A DNA stretch of 64,000 nucleotides from Podarcis tiliguerta (lineage: Eukaryota), in NCBI GenBank assembly GCA_965153285.1, contig OZ229116.1; one strand, given 5' to 3'. Position numbers and translations under genes: made by a program. Positions 1 through 13,759 of this stretch are shown piece after piece; within the stretch, counting starts at the first letter, position 1, and each line of letters begins with the position of its first letter. Below the pieces are notes generated by a model. It saw nothing but the letters and a program-made list of their open reading frames with translations, was not told the origin of the DNA and did not search any database.

Positions 1-23
1 TAAATACAGAGAACAAATCTTAC

Positions 24-2444
24 CTCTTCACCATTAGCCATCTCAGACTGAAAATTGTTTCCACTGTTGCCTGTAAAAGGCACAGCAGGTTTCTCACTGC
101 CAAGAATATTGTCTACCATCTGAACATTGGGTGTCAGGAAGGCAAACTCATTCTTCCTGGTCTCAGAAGACAAACACAGCTGGTAGGAATAGGGCAAAGT
201 CCCATCTTCAAAGTTGGGTGGGAAGATGGCACCATTCTTGGAATGGGGAACAGGACCAAAGCACTGTAGGAACCTGGGATGCCCTGATTGACGGAGCTTC
301 ATTGTAACGGCCAGAATCACAGTCAAGAGGAACAAGAAGGAGATCACAGCTAAGGCCAGCACCAAGTAGAACTGCAGGTCAGACTGATACTCTGAGCTGT
401 TGGGTTGGCTCTTCATTTCCGGAAGGGCCTCCTGAAAGTTCTCAGCAAACACCAGGTTCAGAGTCATGGTGGCCGAGAGAGACGGCTGCCCGTTATCCTT
501 CACCATAATGACCAGTCTCTGTTTCACAGCGTCTCTCTCCACAAAGGCCCTGGCGGTCCTGATCTCTCCAGTATGAGAACCAACCGTGAAGAGTGCCGGC
601 TCAGTGGCCTGAGTCAGGTGGTAGGAGAGCCAGGCGTTGTGTCCAGAATCTGCATCCACGGCCACCACCTTGGTGACAAGATAATCTGCCTCGGCCGAAC
701 GAGGCACCATCTCAAACAAGGCTGAGCCCTTGGCTTCTTGTGAGGGGGACAGGATACGAGGGCTGTTATCATTCCTGTCAAGAACAAACACCCTGACGCT
801 CACATTGCTGCTGAGAGGCGGAGAACCCCCATCTTGGGCCTTCACCTGCAGCCGGAACTCTCTGAATTGTTCATAGTCAAAGGATCTCTGGGCATAGATG
901 GTGCCGGTCTCTGAATTAATGGAGATATAGGAGGAGATGGGAAGCTCCTCAATGTTGCTGTTGAGGATGGAGTATGTGATCCTTGAGTTCTGGTCCACAT
1001 CGGGATCAGAGGCTTTGATGGTGAAAATGGAGGCACCTGAAGGATTGTTTTCTGGCACATAGATGCTGTAGGTTGATCTCTGAAAGGAAGGGGTATTATC
1101 ATTGATATCCGAAACCTGTAGTGAGATCGTTTTGTGTGTAGAAAGAGGCGGAGTCCCTTTGTCAGTGGCTGTGATTGTAATATTATATGCAGGAGTTTTT
1201 TCTCTGTCCAAAGGGCAGTCTGTCAGAAGTTTGTAGAAATTGTTAGATGAGGAAATAATCTTGAAGGGCAAATCACTGTTTAAATAGCAGGTAACTTTTC
1301 CATTATCACCAGCATCTTTGTCATTTACATTGATCAGAGCAATTAAGGTTCCAGATGGTGAATCTTCAGGAACTGGGCTGAACATGGAGGTTAAGGTCAC
1401 ATCTGGGGCATTATCATTCTCATCAAGAACCCTTATCTCAATATTGCAATGAGTCACCAATCCTCCGCCATCTTTTGCTGCAACCGTCAAGGTATATTCA
1501 TCGTTGTCCTCAAAATCCAGTCGCTTCAAGAGGGTGATTACACCACCAATGGGCTCTAGACTGAATTTCTCTTGGGAAGTTGCTGGTATGTTGCTGAAAT
1601 GATACCTGATTTGGGCATTTGTACCTTCATCATCATCAGAGGCTATGACCCGGAGCACCGTGGACCCAATAGGAGCATTTTCACTTAAACTGACCTTGTA
1701 CACCTCTTGAGTGAAAATGGGAGGGTTGTCATTGGCATCGGTGATATTAATCCGTATCTGGGCTGTTCCAGTTTTCCTAGGCTCACCCCCATCGATTGCG
1801 GTAAGTAGTAAGTGAAGGGTCTGCTCTTTTTCCCGATCCAAAGATTTCTGCAGCACCAGTTCTGCATATTTATTTCCATCTTTTCTCTCTCTAACTTCCA
1901 AATTGAAGTACTGATTGGAGCTCAGCTGGTAATCCTGGAGAGAGTTCATCCCAATGTCAGGATCTTCTGCTTTCCCAAGGAGAAATCGAGTGCCTGGCAG
2001 AGTTAGTTCACCTGTCTCCAAGCTGATATTATCATTGAGGAATTGGGGTGCATTATCATTAACATCCTGGATTTCTACTGTTACATGGAAAACATTCAGC
2101 GGGTTTTCTACCACAACTTCAAACTGAACAAAGCAAAGTGGATTTTTGCCACATATCCCCTCCCTATCAATCCTGTCATTTACATAGAGGTTTCCATTCT
2201 CTGCATTGATACTGAAATGCTGCATTTTAGCCACAGACACAGTGTGCAGATTGCGATGTCTTAGTTCTTTGGTGCTCAGTCCCAGGTCCTTGGCGAGGTT
2301 CCCCACAACGGAACCCTTTGCCATCTCCTCAGGGGTTGAATAATGAATCTGCTCTGATGCAGCCCAACAGGTAAAAGACAAGAGAGAGAGAAGCAGTACT
2401 TGCCTTGTGAGCGCCCTGCCATTCCCTCTGTGCCTTCTCTCCAT
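24..2444 (-). CDS. PCDHGB: Protocadherin gamma-B-like variable exon 1 (SP, EC1-6, TM, variable cytoplasmic part); 2421 bp
   Basis: ATG at 2444, donor GAG|GTAAGA at 24/23, 807 codons. Near-identical to exon 3 at the 5' end and in EC5-TM. Manual translation of EC3-EC4 gives DANDNPP, LDFE, DENDNAP and LDRE motifs. Absent from the ORF track because the frame runs off the window edge without a stop. Confidence 0.93.
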
Positions 2445-2716
2445 CTGGCTGGTTCTCTCAAAAACAGGCTGCTTCCCTTTCTCAGTTTCCTATGCTCAAG
2501 CTCTCACAGTGATGAAGGAAACAGCATGAGATATCACTGAGGAAGAATAAACTGCCCTTGTTCTCATATGTGTGCAAAGCAAAAGAGATTTTTCCTTCTC
2601 TGCAAGAGTTCCTTGTCTCTGTGCTCTTCAGTTGGCTTGATCTGAACAACAGTGATGGGAGTTACTGCAGTCTAGGAAGCATCAATGGATGTCTATCCTC
2701 CCTCTGGCTCTCATAC

Positions 2717-2757
2717 TGGCCAACACTGACACTTAGAGGACCACTCAAGGAACTGCA
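2717..2757 (-). promoter_or_regulatory. Pcdh promoter CSE / CTCF site of exon 1 (box variant CAGT)
   Basis: Minus strand TGCAGTTC-N21-CAGTGTTGGCCA; box 281 bp upstream of the ATG; same layout in all 11 promoters. Confidence 0.8.
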
Positions 2758-3085
2758 AGGAAAACCATGTTGTACAATGTACGGTACTTTCCCTTTAGCA
2801 AATTTCAAGTTATTTGCTTTCAGTTTGTACACATTAAAGCAACAGCTCCTCTGATTGCTGCGCATAACAGCTCACAAGACTCAAAACCCAGTCTGGAGAT
2901 ATACAGCCTATTGAAAACATGTTTTGCCTTGATGTCTGTCCCACTGAAATTGAACCCCGTTGAATGGAAGCTACATACCCAAGGGATCACCAGCAGAGCA
3001 TTGCCTCACTTTAACACACTTATAGTCCTTTGTCCATCAGTCTATCATACAACATCAGGGCACACAATTCCTTTCATTAAAATGT

Positions 3086-3290
3086 AACAACATAAGAAGA
3101 GCCTTGATGGACCAGACCCAAGGCCTTTCTTGTTAAGCAACTTGTCTCCCGCTGTGGCATTTGGAGGAATCCTGCTTCTAGTACCTGACGGGATATAGTC
3201 AGCACGACTTGTGGCCACCATGATGTTGTCTATAAGGCATCCAAGTTAGTGGCCATCACAGCTTTTTGTGGGAGCAATTCCCATAAGTTA
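3086..3290 (-). mobile_element. Degraded CR1-type LINE 3' end
   Basis: aacataagaagagcc...gaccagaccca resembles the squamate CR1 3' UTR; homologous to 15484-15715. Confidence 0.5.
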
Positions 3291-4539
3291 TTTAGTTATT
3301 AAAATGTGTAAAGTATGTGTGATTGTTCTGTATAAATAAAAATAATGGCTGGATACAAGTTTCAATAGTTTTATATTATACACTCTAAGAAAGCATACTG
3401 ATTTATAAAGTTTCTAACAGTGTGTGTGAGTCTGTATTATCTTGAACTTTATTGCGCAAATTAAGTATGAAAATGTTCTATTTTTCCACCACATTGTTAT
3501 CAGTCTCCCCACTCTGACTCTTACCATATTCATTAGTTTAACCATAGATAAAATATCCCATACTCCACTCCTGTAAAGCTGGTGTTCTTAACAACACACT
3601 CCACTCAACTTATACCAAATAGTTGTTCTTGCTATAGTTAATAAGTCTTGGACTACTACTCTGCTAGTATTAAACCCTTAATACAACTGAATGAAACAAT
3701 CATAATAACCGTTGATAAAGTGTATCCTGTTATTATTTCAGCTTCCCTTATTATATCCACCTGGAACCTTTCATTTCAGGACATGCCCCACAAAAATGTT
3801 GCATCCTAGCATTGGTTGCCTTGCACCTCCCACTTGAATTACTTGCTGTCCTGTAGATGTGGTTGAAATGTGACACTGGAAGGACCATATCGCTATTCCC
3901 TTGTCTTTGATCTAAACTAAATATTGTTAAGCATTGCATTTTTTCCCGAATAAAGAAGTTGTTCCACCCACTTGACCATCTTAGTTGCGCTTTTCTGAGC
4001 ATTCTGCATTTCATACAAGTTCTTTGTACATGAATCTTCCAGAGAAGTTCAAAACACTCCAAAAGATCTACTATGAACAAATAGGAAGCATTCATGTTTT
4101 ACACATTTTTCAGTTAACTAGAATCAGAACAGGATGAATAAACTATGTGACTGAACGAAGTACAAATCCACATATTTAACCTCTAGGAGGAACTAAAAAA
4201 TAACTACAGTATATAATGATAGTGATATTTCAATAATATACAGGAAGAAAATTACTAGAAGGTAGAACAGGATATAAATTCCATAATTAATGAAGACTCA
4301 CCTGAACATCATTTTCAGTCTCAGCACTGAATTTGCCTCTGTCGTTGCAATTTGTAGACCACTTGTAAAAAAAGTTTTCTACAGTCTGAACAGCTGGTGC
4401 TAGTAATATAATATTTTTTTAGTTCTCTCATTTAGTAAAATCAGGCAGTTAAGAGGAAGACAGCTAAAAATACTAGTTTTGCTCATACAAGGAGCAAGGT
4501 TGTGGTGCCAACACCTCAGTTTCTGAAAGCAAAACTTAC

Positions 4540-6969
4540 CTGCTCACCAACCTCCTCTTTGGCACTGGCATCCCCACAGTTGCCATCCACAAGAACCACC
4601 TGAGAGCTATCATTGCATAGAAAGTCTTCTGCCACCTGGATATGGGGTTTCGGGAAAGAGATCTGCTCTTTCCTCATCTCTGACGATAGACAGAGTTGGT
4701 AGGAATAAGGTAAAGTTCCTTCTTCATAGTTTGGTGGAAATATGACCTGTGCCTTAGAAAAAGCATTAGGTTCAAAGCATTGGAATAATTTGGGATTTCC
4801 TGATTGTCGAAGTTTCATGACAATGACCAGTATCACCGTCAGGAGGAATAAAAATGAGATCAATGCCAAAGCCAGCACCAAGTAAAACTGGAGGTCTGAA
4901 TGATGCTCTGTGTCACTGGACTGCCTAGTCATTTCTGGAAGTGCCTCTTGGAAGTTCTCGGCAACCACGAGGTTGAGGACCACAGTAGCTGAGAGCGGAG
5001 CCTTCCCATTGTCCTTCACCAAGATGACCAGCTTCTGCTTCACAGCATCTTTCTCCAGAAGCGCTCGTGACGTCCTGATCTCTCCCGTGTGGGTCCCAAT
5101 GGTGAAGAGGGCCGGCTCTGTGGCCTGCAGCACTTGGTAGGAGAGCCAGGCATTGTGCCCAGAGTCCACGTCCACAGCCACCACTTTGGTCACTAGGTAG
5201 CCTGGCTCTGCCGAGTGAGGAACCATCTCAAACAAGGCAGAGCCCTCAACACCCGGGACAGGATACAGAACGCGAGGGCTGTTATCGTTCTGATCCAAAA
5301 TGTACACCCACACGGTGGCGTTGTTGCTGAGAGAGGGAGAGCCGCCATCTTGGGCCTTCACTTGGATCTTAAACTCCCGGAATTGCTCATAGTCAAAGGA
5401 GCGCTGTGCATAGATAGTTCCCGTCTCAGAGTTGATGGAGACGTAAGAGGAGAGAGGCAGCTCCTCCATGTTGCTGTTGAGGATGGAGTAAGTGATACGT
5501 GAGTTGCGGTCCAGATCCGGGTCCGAGGCTTTGATGGCAAAAATGGAGGCACCTGAGGGATTGTTTTCTGGCACAAAGACACTGTAGGTTGATTTTTCAA
5601 AGGCAGGGGGGTTGTCATTGATATCTGAAATCTGCAGGGAGATGGTTTTGTTGGAGGAGAGAGGGGGGCTACCTTTGTCGGTGGCCGTGATGGTGATGTT
5701 GTATCCTGAGGCTTTTTCTCTGTCCAAAGGACTGTCTGTGAGGATTTTATAGTAGTTCTTAGATGTTGACACTATTTTAAATGGTACATTACTTTGTAAG
5801 TGGCATGTAATTTTTCCATTTTCTCCAGAATCCCGATCCTTTACGTTGATGAGAGCTATTACTGTTCCAGAAACAGAGTCTTCAGGAACTGGACTAGATA
5901 AGGAGGCCAGAATGATCTCTGGTGCATTGTCATTCTCATCTAGAATCTTTATATTGACATTACAATGAGCCACTAATCCTCCTCCATCTCTTGCTTCAAC
6001 GGTCATAGTGTACTTCTCTGTTTCCTCAAAGTCAAGAGCTTCCTTAATTGTAATTGTTCCATTTTGTGGAAATAGGTCAAATTTTTGGTAGGCTCTTTTA
6101 GGAATATTACTAAATGTATAATGAATTTGGGCATTCAGACCTTCATCTCTATCAGAGGCTTTTACCTGCAGTATGGGGGACCCCACAGGAGAATTTTCCC
6201 TCAGGCTAACTGTATAAACCTCTTGAGTGAAGACTGGTGGGTTATCATTGGCATCTGTGATGTTAATCCATATCTGGGCAGTCCCAGTTTTTCTGGGTTC
6301 ACCCCCATCCAGGGCCATAAGGATCAACTGAAGGGAGTGATCACTTTCCCGATCCAAAGATTTTTGCAACACTAATTCTGCATATTTATGGCCATCTTCT
6401 CCCTGTCGAATCTCTAGAATGAAATAGTGATTTGGACTTAGTTGGTAATTCTGGAGAGAATTAGTCCCAATATCAGGATCTTCAGCTTTCCCAGTATGAA
6501 ATCTTGTACCTGGTAATGTGGATTCAACAATTTCAAGCCTCATGATTTCATTTAAGAACTGTGGCATATTATCATTAATGTCCTGAATTGCTACACTTAC
6601 ATGGAAAACATTCAAAGGATTTTCAACCACAGCTTCAAAATTAATCAGACAGTGTACACTCTCCCCACATATTTCCTCACGATCTATCCTTTCATTTACA
6701 TACAGGTTTCCATTTTGTGCACTGATAGTGAAATATGGCTTTTTACCTTCAGAAAGGATATGCAGGTTTCTGCTCTTCAGTTCTCTGGCATTCAGTCCTA
6801 GATCCTTGGCAAGATTTCCCACCAAAGACCCCTTTGCCATCTCCTCAGGGATGGAATAGTGAACCTCTTCCAAAACTGCTCCACAAAACAAAGATGATAA
6901 TATCAGAAGTGTTATATACCTTCCTGGTGTTTGAAAGCTCTCTCCATGAAGGATTCCTCTTCTCTTCAT
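4540..6969 (-). CDS. PCDHGB: Protocadherin gamma-B-like variable exon 2; 2430 bp
   Basis: ORF 4516..6993 (track start is GTG; first ATG at 6969). Six cadherin repeats, [20 protein letters not shown], gammaB signature [13 protein letters not shown]; donor CAG|GTAAGT at 4540/4539. Confidence 0.96.
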
Positions 6970-7209
6970 TTTCCTCTTCTCTTTGATGAGCACAGGATTT
7001 CAGATTTCCACCAAGACAGGAGATTTTTTTGTTCAGTAAAAAAAGAACTGGATCCTTTGGCTTAATTTGTATATGCTGCAGTGTTTTCTGTTTTCCAGCT
7101 GAAACGTTTGTTCCAGCGTCTGCTGGTATTCCCGATGTGCAGTTTGGGACAAAGAGATCTCTCCGCAGAAAGCATCAGTGGAACTTCAGCTGCCCATGGA
7201 TTGCCGCCT

Positions 7210-7250
7210 TGTCCAACAGTGACACTGTGAGTCTGAAGCAGAGAACTGCA
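7210..7250 (-). promoter_or_regulatory. CSE / CTCF site of exon 2 (box variant CACT)
   Basis: TGCAGTTC-N21-CACTGTTGGACA on the minus strand, 249 bp upstream of the ATG. Confidence 0.82.
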
Positions 7251-8419
7251 ATCTTTTCCCAGTGATTTTTCTCCTCAATACATGTCACAGAAGGCCTCTG
7301 TTGGTGTTCATATGTGATGGCTCAAGGCAGGCTTTTAAACAGAATATGTGAACCTTCTTTAATAGCTTTAATTTTCACCCCAATCTTTGTATTTTGCAGG
7401 TTAATTTTTTACTCTACGTTGATAGAGATATTTACAATTATTTCCAAGCTTATTAATTTGCAGTGCTGCTGACAAAAATGGAATTACAGGCTGCACAATT
7501 AAACATTATCATTTATAGCATGGGACTATTTAGAAATTGAGGAAAATGTATTATTGCCTATAGCTAGGCCTTCACATGAACCTTAGAAACAAGAATGTCT
7601 GCTTTTAGAGGTATATATCTTCTTGTGTTTGAGTGTATATCCTAAGGAAGCATCTTGTATTACATTGCTTATCACTGAAATTAGTCCCACATCTCATGCT
7701 TAGTTTTGTCATCTCACCTCGTATTAGCGCTCAGAATATTGGTCTATTTGTGCAGACAATCCCTTCAATAGATTTATTTAGCAGCTCTCAACTTTGCCAT
7801 TGTTCCCCCCACATTCATGTGCTCCAGTAATTCAGTCACGGTAGATAGCTTTCCAATTTCTAGTGTTAATTCAATTTACTATGTGTGTTTCTGGCCTTGC
7901 ACATCTACTTCACAGTCTCACAGGTATGGCTCATCACCCTCTTCTTTACACAGAACAATAACATAATAGGTTTTTTGTAAGCCAATAGTATGTAAGGGAT
8001 CCTGAGTATGCAGCTTGAAACACACAAACACACACACACACTAACTTCCTCTGCACAGCCTGGTCGGCCTCCACTGGTTTCCACCCACAAAGTGATGTTA
8101 GTGCCACTCTGCTGGTGCATAATTGCCCATTGTTAGTAGACCTTTCAGCATGAATCAGATTGGAATAATCACTTTCAGTTTCTGGAGTTCAAATGCTTCA
8201 TTCATGCAGAAACTATCTACAGGATGATTAGTGATGAGAGAGAGAAACAGAAGACATTTTATCTCAACAAGTTGGGAGACAACAACAAAATCGCTCAGCT
8301 TTTAGGGGTGAAGTTAACTTAGACATAATAGATACAAACAAGTGCTCACTAGATTGTTACACAATCAAGGATTAATTATAAATTATTAGCAGATGACATC
8401 CAATTGTCTTACGGACTAC

Positions 8420-8780
8420 ACTCTGGATTTGTGTAGGGGATAGCATACAAGGCAGCAGAGTTTTGGATCAGAGTTTTCCTTCTCCTAAATGTGTTACCTT
8501 CCCAGGTTGAAGAGGAAGTGATCTGCCACTCACTTCCCTCTACGGCATGTGCAGTAACCACCTTCTTGATTGCTGAATCCACTATTATTTTGTCTGCTCA
8601 ATCCACCAGAATTTGTCTTCACATGCAGAGAAAGTCCCTAACTCACTGAGGGTTTGAGACCCATCAGCTACCCTCACTTGCTTTAGCCAGTCAGTCAAAG
8701 TCATATCCCAGGATGTGGCCACTGCCATAGTGCCTGTGTGCATGGTGGGGACCAAAGACAGACAAACTACCTCAGAAGTA
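8420..8780 (-). mobile_element. Putative non-LTR retroelement fragment (possibly RTE-like 5' region)
   Basis: Minus-strand motif TAGGAGAAGGAAAACTCTGATCCAAAAC recalled from vertebrate interspersed repeats; not found by eye in the paralogous spacer 19917-23237. Family and limits uncertain. Confidence 0.3.
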
Positions 8781-9288
8781 GGATGACGTTTCTCCCCTGA
8801 TGCCCCCCCTCCAGGGTCCAAGTATTGGATCAATATGGAAACTGGTCTTTGTTCTTCAGCGCCCTCCCCCCCCAGCTCCACTGAGTGCAAATGTGGACCT
8901 TTAGGTATCATCAGCCCTGAGCCAGTAAGCGCTACAGTCAATAAGGTCATCAGCACAGACAAGTAATTGCCATCACCAGATTGCCATGAAGGTTGGTTTG
9001 GGTAACTGTCCTTTCAGGTCTTGGGCTGCTCACTATAGGATCCTTATGTTTTCTAACCTACATAGCACTTGCCAGTTGTGGCACATTTAAAAAGAATGGC
9101 TGGGGTCCAAATACAGCCAGTCTTTAATTATTGACTGCCTAGCAGATGAGAAAGCTCCTGTCATTCATCCTCTTATTCGGCTAATTTAGCAACAAGAGCA
9201 AAATACTACCATTCAGCCCCAATTGGGAACTGATACTGATACTGCCATGCCAAAAGAGAGGCCTAGAGAATGGTGCCACCATGCCCAT

Positions 9289-9823
9289 CCCAACTGTCCA
9301 CAGAGGCAGCATTGAGAACATGCTGCACAATTTACACCTCCGAAAGATTAAAGCAAAAGCGTCTTCTGTGGAGTTCAAAGATACACATAAAAAGGTTGCA
9401 TCCACATTACACATGACCTCCTACATTAAAACAATGGCTTAAGCATTGCATCCAATGCTCAATTAAATACCAACAATTTGATCAGTGAAATCCAATCCTC
9501 ACTGGTATATGAAACAGGGAAACTCTAGATCTGAACCATGATGTCAAAGTACTTTGTACAATGTTTTTCCCAACTGTCCACAGAGGCAGCATTGAGAACA
9601 TGCACAACCATTTACATCTCCAAAAAATTAAAGCAAATGCATTTTCTGTGGAGCTCATAGATGCACAAAAAATGTTGCATCCACATTACAGATGAAGTCC
9701 TGTATTAAAATAATGGGTTACATGTTGCAGCCAATGTTCAATTAAATGCCAACAATTTAAGGAGAGGAACCCAATTCTTGCTATTGAATGGAACAGGGAA
9801 ATTCTGTATCTGAACCACCATGT
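9289..9823. repeat. ~280-bp direct tandem duplication
   Basis: cccaactgtccacagaggcagcattgagaacatgc at 9289 and 9569, followed by diverged but alignable sequence. Confidence 0.85.
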
Positions 9824-9824
9824 G

Positions 9825-9877
<53 letters not shown>
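9821..9877. repeat. (TG)n microsatellite
   Basis: Direct reading. Confidence 0.95.
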
Positions 9878-9879
<2 letters not shown>

Positions 9880-10029
9880 TACAATGATCTTCAATATAAA
9901 CTATAGGCAACCTATTCAGACTTGTAAATATAAGCAGCCTAGTACTAGATTAAAATCAATTTATAACATAAATCCAGATTGCTACAGCTCACTACAGGTT
10001 AAAAACGATACAGATACACTATATTGGGT

Positions 10030-10100
10030 GATAATAATAATAGTATAGTAATAGTAATAGTAATAACTGTAATAGCAATAGCAATAGTAATAGTAATAAC
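10030..10100. repeat. Degenerate (TAA/TAG)n microsatellite
   Basis: ataataataatagtatagtaatagtaatag... Confidence 0.8.
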
Positions 10101-11338
10101 TGGGTGAATGTTGTAGTTGTCCATTCTTGAGTCAAATTGATGCCAAAAAACACAAGGTACTTAGATCACCATGTCACAACGTACTTTATGCAAGGTATAC
10201 ATGTGCGTTGTGTGTGTATGTGTGTAACCAACCCCCCCCCCCGAACAAATCTTGAAAAAAAAGAGATTTATAACTAGCCTAGCTTTAGGGAGATTTAAGT
10301 AAATCATAAGCCCCCCCATGCCATTTTTATTGTGACTCATGATGATGTATGAGTGCTTATTTTGTTTTTGGTTCTTTGTTAATGTTCTTGATATTGTTTT
10401 GTGGACTATGAGAGCTGTAATGCTTTGTGAATTTTATAATATGACTTTAGCCTATTTTAAACTTGTTTTGTTAAAAGTGTATTTTAAAAGGTGGCTGTTT
10501 TACTTTACTGATGATTTGCTTACTATTTTATATGATTTTTATTGTGCTTGTGATGTTCTACTGTGTTATTATTTATGGTACAATAAGCCGCTTTGTGACT
10601 AATGTGAGTGAGTGTCCCATATCTTCCTGCTGAAATCCTGCAACTTTTTATAACACCAATGCTCTGGTTTATTCTTTGTCCCGCTTTCATTATGCAGTAG
10701 TGCCCCTACAAATGGCAATGGTTTAACTAGCAAGTAGTGCTATTTTTCATGTAAATTTATGTAAATCTTATTACCTAGTTTAGATTTTGTTACCTCGCTC
10801 TGTGCTAAGGACTAATGCAATGACAGCTGTTCTCTTCAAAAATGCAATAACACTGGGGAGGCAGCTCAAAACAAGTAATAAAGAAAAATGATGTGTGGAC
10901 AATCCAGTATACATTGACTATTAATACACTATTGTTGTGTCAAATGTTGAAGAATGCACCAGCAAAACAAAGAACAAAAAATTGCAATATCCCCTCAAAG
11001 TAGAAAATGGGTTACCTCAACTGACTACGAAATAGCTAATTGCACCAGGTGGTTTAGCCTCAGCTACTTAGAACAGATAGGAAAGATGATGACACATGAG
11101 AGCTTTTATATTGCAAGCTGCCATGTGATCTTTGGATGAAAGGGAGTATAGAAAGCTAATATATAATTAAAATGAACATACAAAATAAAGCCCCACCTAT
11201 TGATTTCTATATGAAAAACTAACTAAAGACTGAAAAAGGCAGGTACACCTGCAGTATAAAAGGTTGCATTGAAATGTCACTTAACGGTAAAGAACTACAG
11301 ACTGTACCATGCATGTAACTGCAGAAAACAAACCTTAC

Positions 11339-13759
11339 CTGTTCTCCATTATCTACTGCAGAATCAAAATTGTTTCCTACATTGCCTGTAAAAGGCACAG
11401 CAGGTTTCTCACTGCCAAGAATATTGTCTACCATCTGAACACCGGGTGTCAGGAAGGCAAACTCATTCTTCCTGGTCTCAGAAGACAGACACAGCTGGTA
11501 GGAATAGGGCAAAGTCCCATCTTCAAAGTTGGGTGGGAAGATGGCACCATTCTTGGAATGGGGAACAGGACCAAAGCACTGTAGGAACCTGGGATGCCCT
11601 GATTGACGGAGCTTCATTGTAACGGCCAGAATCACAGTCAAGAGGAACAAGAAGGAGATCACAGCTAAGGCCAGCACCAAGTAGAACTGCAGGTCAGACT
11701 GATACTCCGAGCTGCTGGGCTGGCTCTTCATTTCCGGAAGGGCCTCCTGAAAGTTCTCAGCAAACACCAGGTTCAGAGTCATGGTGGCCGAGAGAGACGG
11801 CTGCCCGTTATCCTTCACCATAATGACCAGTCTCTGTTTCACAGCATCTCTCTCCACAAAGGCCCTGGCGGTCCTGATCTCTCCAGTATGAGAAGCAACC
11901 GTGAAGAGTGCCGGCTCAGTGGCCTGAGTCAGGTGGTAGGAGAGCCAGGCGTTGTGTCCAGAATCTGCATCCACGGCCACCACCTTGGTGACAAGATAAT
12001 CTGCCTCGGCCGAACGAGGCACCATCTCAAACAAGGCTGAGCCCTTGGCTTCTTGTGAGGGGGACAGGATACGAGGGCTGTTATCATTCCTGTCAAGAAC
12101 AAACACCCTGACGGTCACATTGCTGCTGAGAGGCGGAGAACCCCCATCTTGGGCCTTCACTTGCAGCCGGAACTCTCTGAATTGTTCATAGTCAAAGGAT
12201 CTCTGGGCATAGATGGTGCCGGTCTCTGAATTAATGGAGATATAGGAGGAGATGGGAAGCTCCTCAATGTTGCTGTTGAGGATGGAGTATGTGATCCGTG
12301 AGTTCTGGTCCATATCAGGATCAGAGGCTTTGATGGTGAAAATGGAGGCACCTGAAGGATTGTTTTCTGGCACATAGATGCTGTAGGTTGATCTCTGAAA
12401 GGTCGGGGCATTATCATTGATATCTGAGATCTGTAGTGAGATTGTTTTGTGTGTGGAAAGAGGTGGAGTTCCTTTATCAGTGGCTGTGATTGTAATATTG
12501 TATGCAGGAGCTATTTCTCTGTCCAAAGGACTGTCTGTCTGGAGTTTGAAGTAATTGTTAGATGAGGGAAGAATTTTGAAGGGTAAATCATCCTGTAAGT
12601 AGCAAGTAACCTTCCCATTATCTCCACTATCTCTGTCATTTACATTGATCAGAGCAATAACTGTCCCTGGCAGAGAACCTTCAGGAACGGGGCTGAACAT
12701 GGAGGCTAAGGTCACATCTGGGGCATTATCATTCTCATCATGAACCCTTAGCTCAATGTTAGAATGTGTCATCAATCCTCCTCCATCTTTTGCAGCAACT
12801 GTCATCGTATATTCATCATTGTCCTCAAAATCCAGTTGCTCCAGTAGTGTGATTTGGCCGCTGACGGGATCCAGCTTGAATTTCCGTTCGGCAGCTGCTG
12901 GTATGTTACTAAAATGATACCTGATTTGGGCATATAAACCTTCATCTTTATCAGAGGCTGCAACCTGGAGCACAAGTGACCCAACAGGAACATTTTCAGA
13001 TAAGCTGACCTTGTACACCTCTTGAGTGAAAAAAGGTGGGTTGTCATTGGCATCTGTGATATTAATCCGTATCTGGGCCGTCCCAGTTTTCCTAGGCTCA
13101 CCCCCATCCATAGCGGTAAGAACCAAGTGAAGGGTCTGTTCACTTTCTCGATCAAGAGGTTTCTGTAGCACCAGTTCTGCATATTTATTTCCATCCTTTC
13201 TCTCTCTAATTTCCAAACTGAAGTACTGATTGGAGCTCAGCTGGTAATCCTGGAGAGAGTTCACCCCAATGTCAGGATCTTCTGCTTTCCCAAGGAGAAA
13301 TCGAGTGCCTGGCAAAGTTTGCTCACCTGTCTCCAAGTTGATATTATCATTGAGGAATTGGGGTGCATTATCATTAACATCCTGGATTTCCACTAGTACA
13401 TGGAAAATATTCAAAGGGTTTTCTACTACAACTTCAAAATTAACAAAGCAATGTGGATTTTTGCCACATATCCCCTCCCTATCAATCCTGTCATTTACAT
13501 AGAGGTTTCCATTCTCTGCATTGATACTGAAATGCTGCATTTTAGCCACAGACACAGTGTGCAGATTGCGATGTCTTAGTTCTTTGGTGCTCAGTCCCAG
13601 GTCCTTGGCGAGGTTCCCCACAACGGAACCCTTTGCCATCTCCTCAGGGGTTGAATAATGAATCTGCTCTGATGTAGCCCAACAGGTAAAAGACAACAGA
13701 GAGAGAAGCAGTACTTGCCTTGTGAGCGTCCTGCCATTCCCTCTGTGCCTTCTCTCCAT
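11339..13759 (-). CDS. PCDHGB: Protocadherin gamma-B-like variable exon 3; 2421 bp (chimeric-looking)
   Basis: ORF 11219..13759; EC1-6, [18 protein letters not shown]; donor CAG|GTAAGG at 11339/11338. Confidence 0.96.

Noticed and set aside
405-725. Recurrent 106-aa antisense ORF ([10 protein letters not shown]...) also at 23619, 41389 and 52088, plus other repeated off-frame or antisense ORFs inside exons
   Set aside because: Shadows of the Pcdh coding sequence; they recur only because the DNA is homogenised, and this one starts at TTG rather than ATG.
6970-6993. Track start codons upstream of the first ATG (6993, 19940, 25638, 60953)
   Set aside because: GTG starts from a prokaryote-style caller; the first ATG gives paralog-consistent lengths.
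11219-11338. ORF extensions beyond the splice donors read as true C-termini (single-exon beta-type genes)
   Set aside because: Each exon has a GT donor at an equivalent position, the extensions are unrelated in length and sequence, and the protein signatures are gamma-type.
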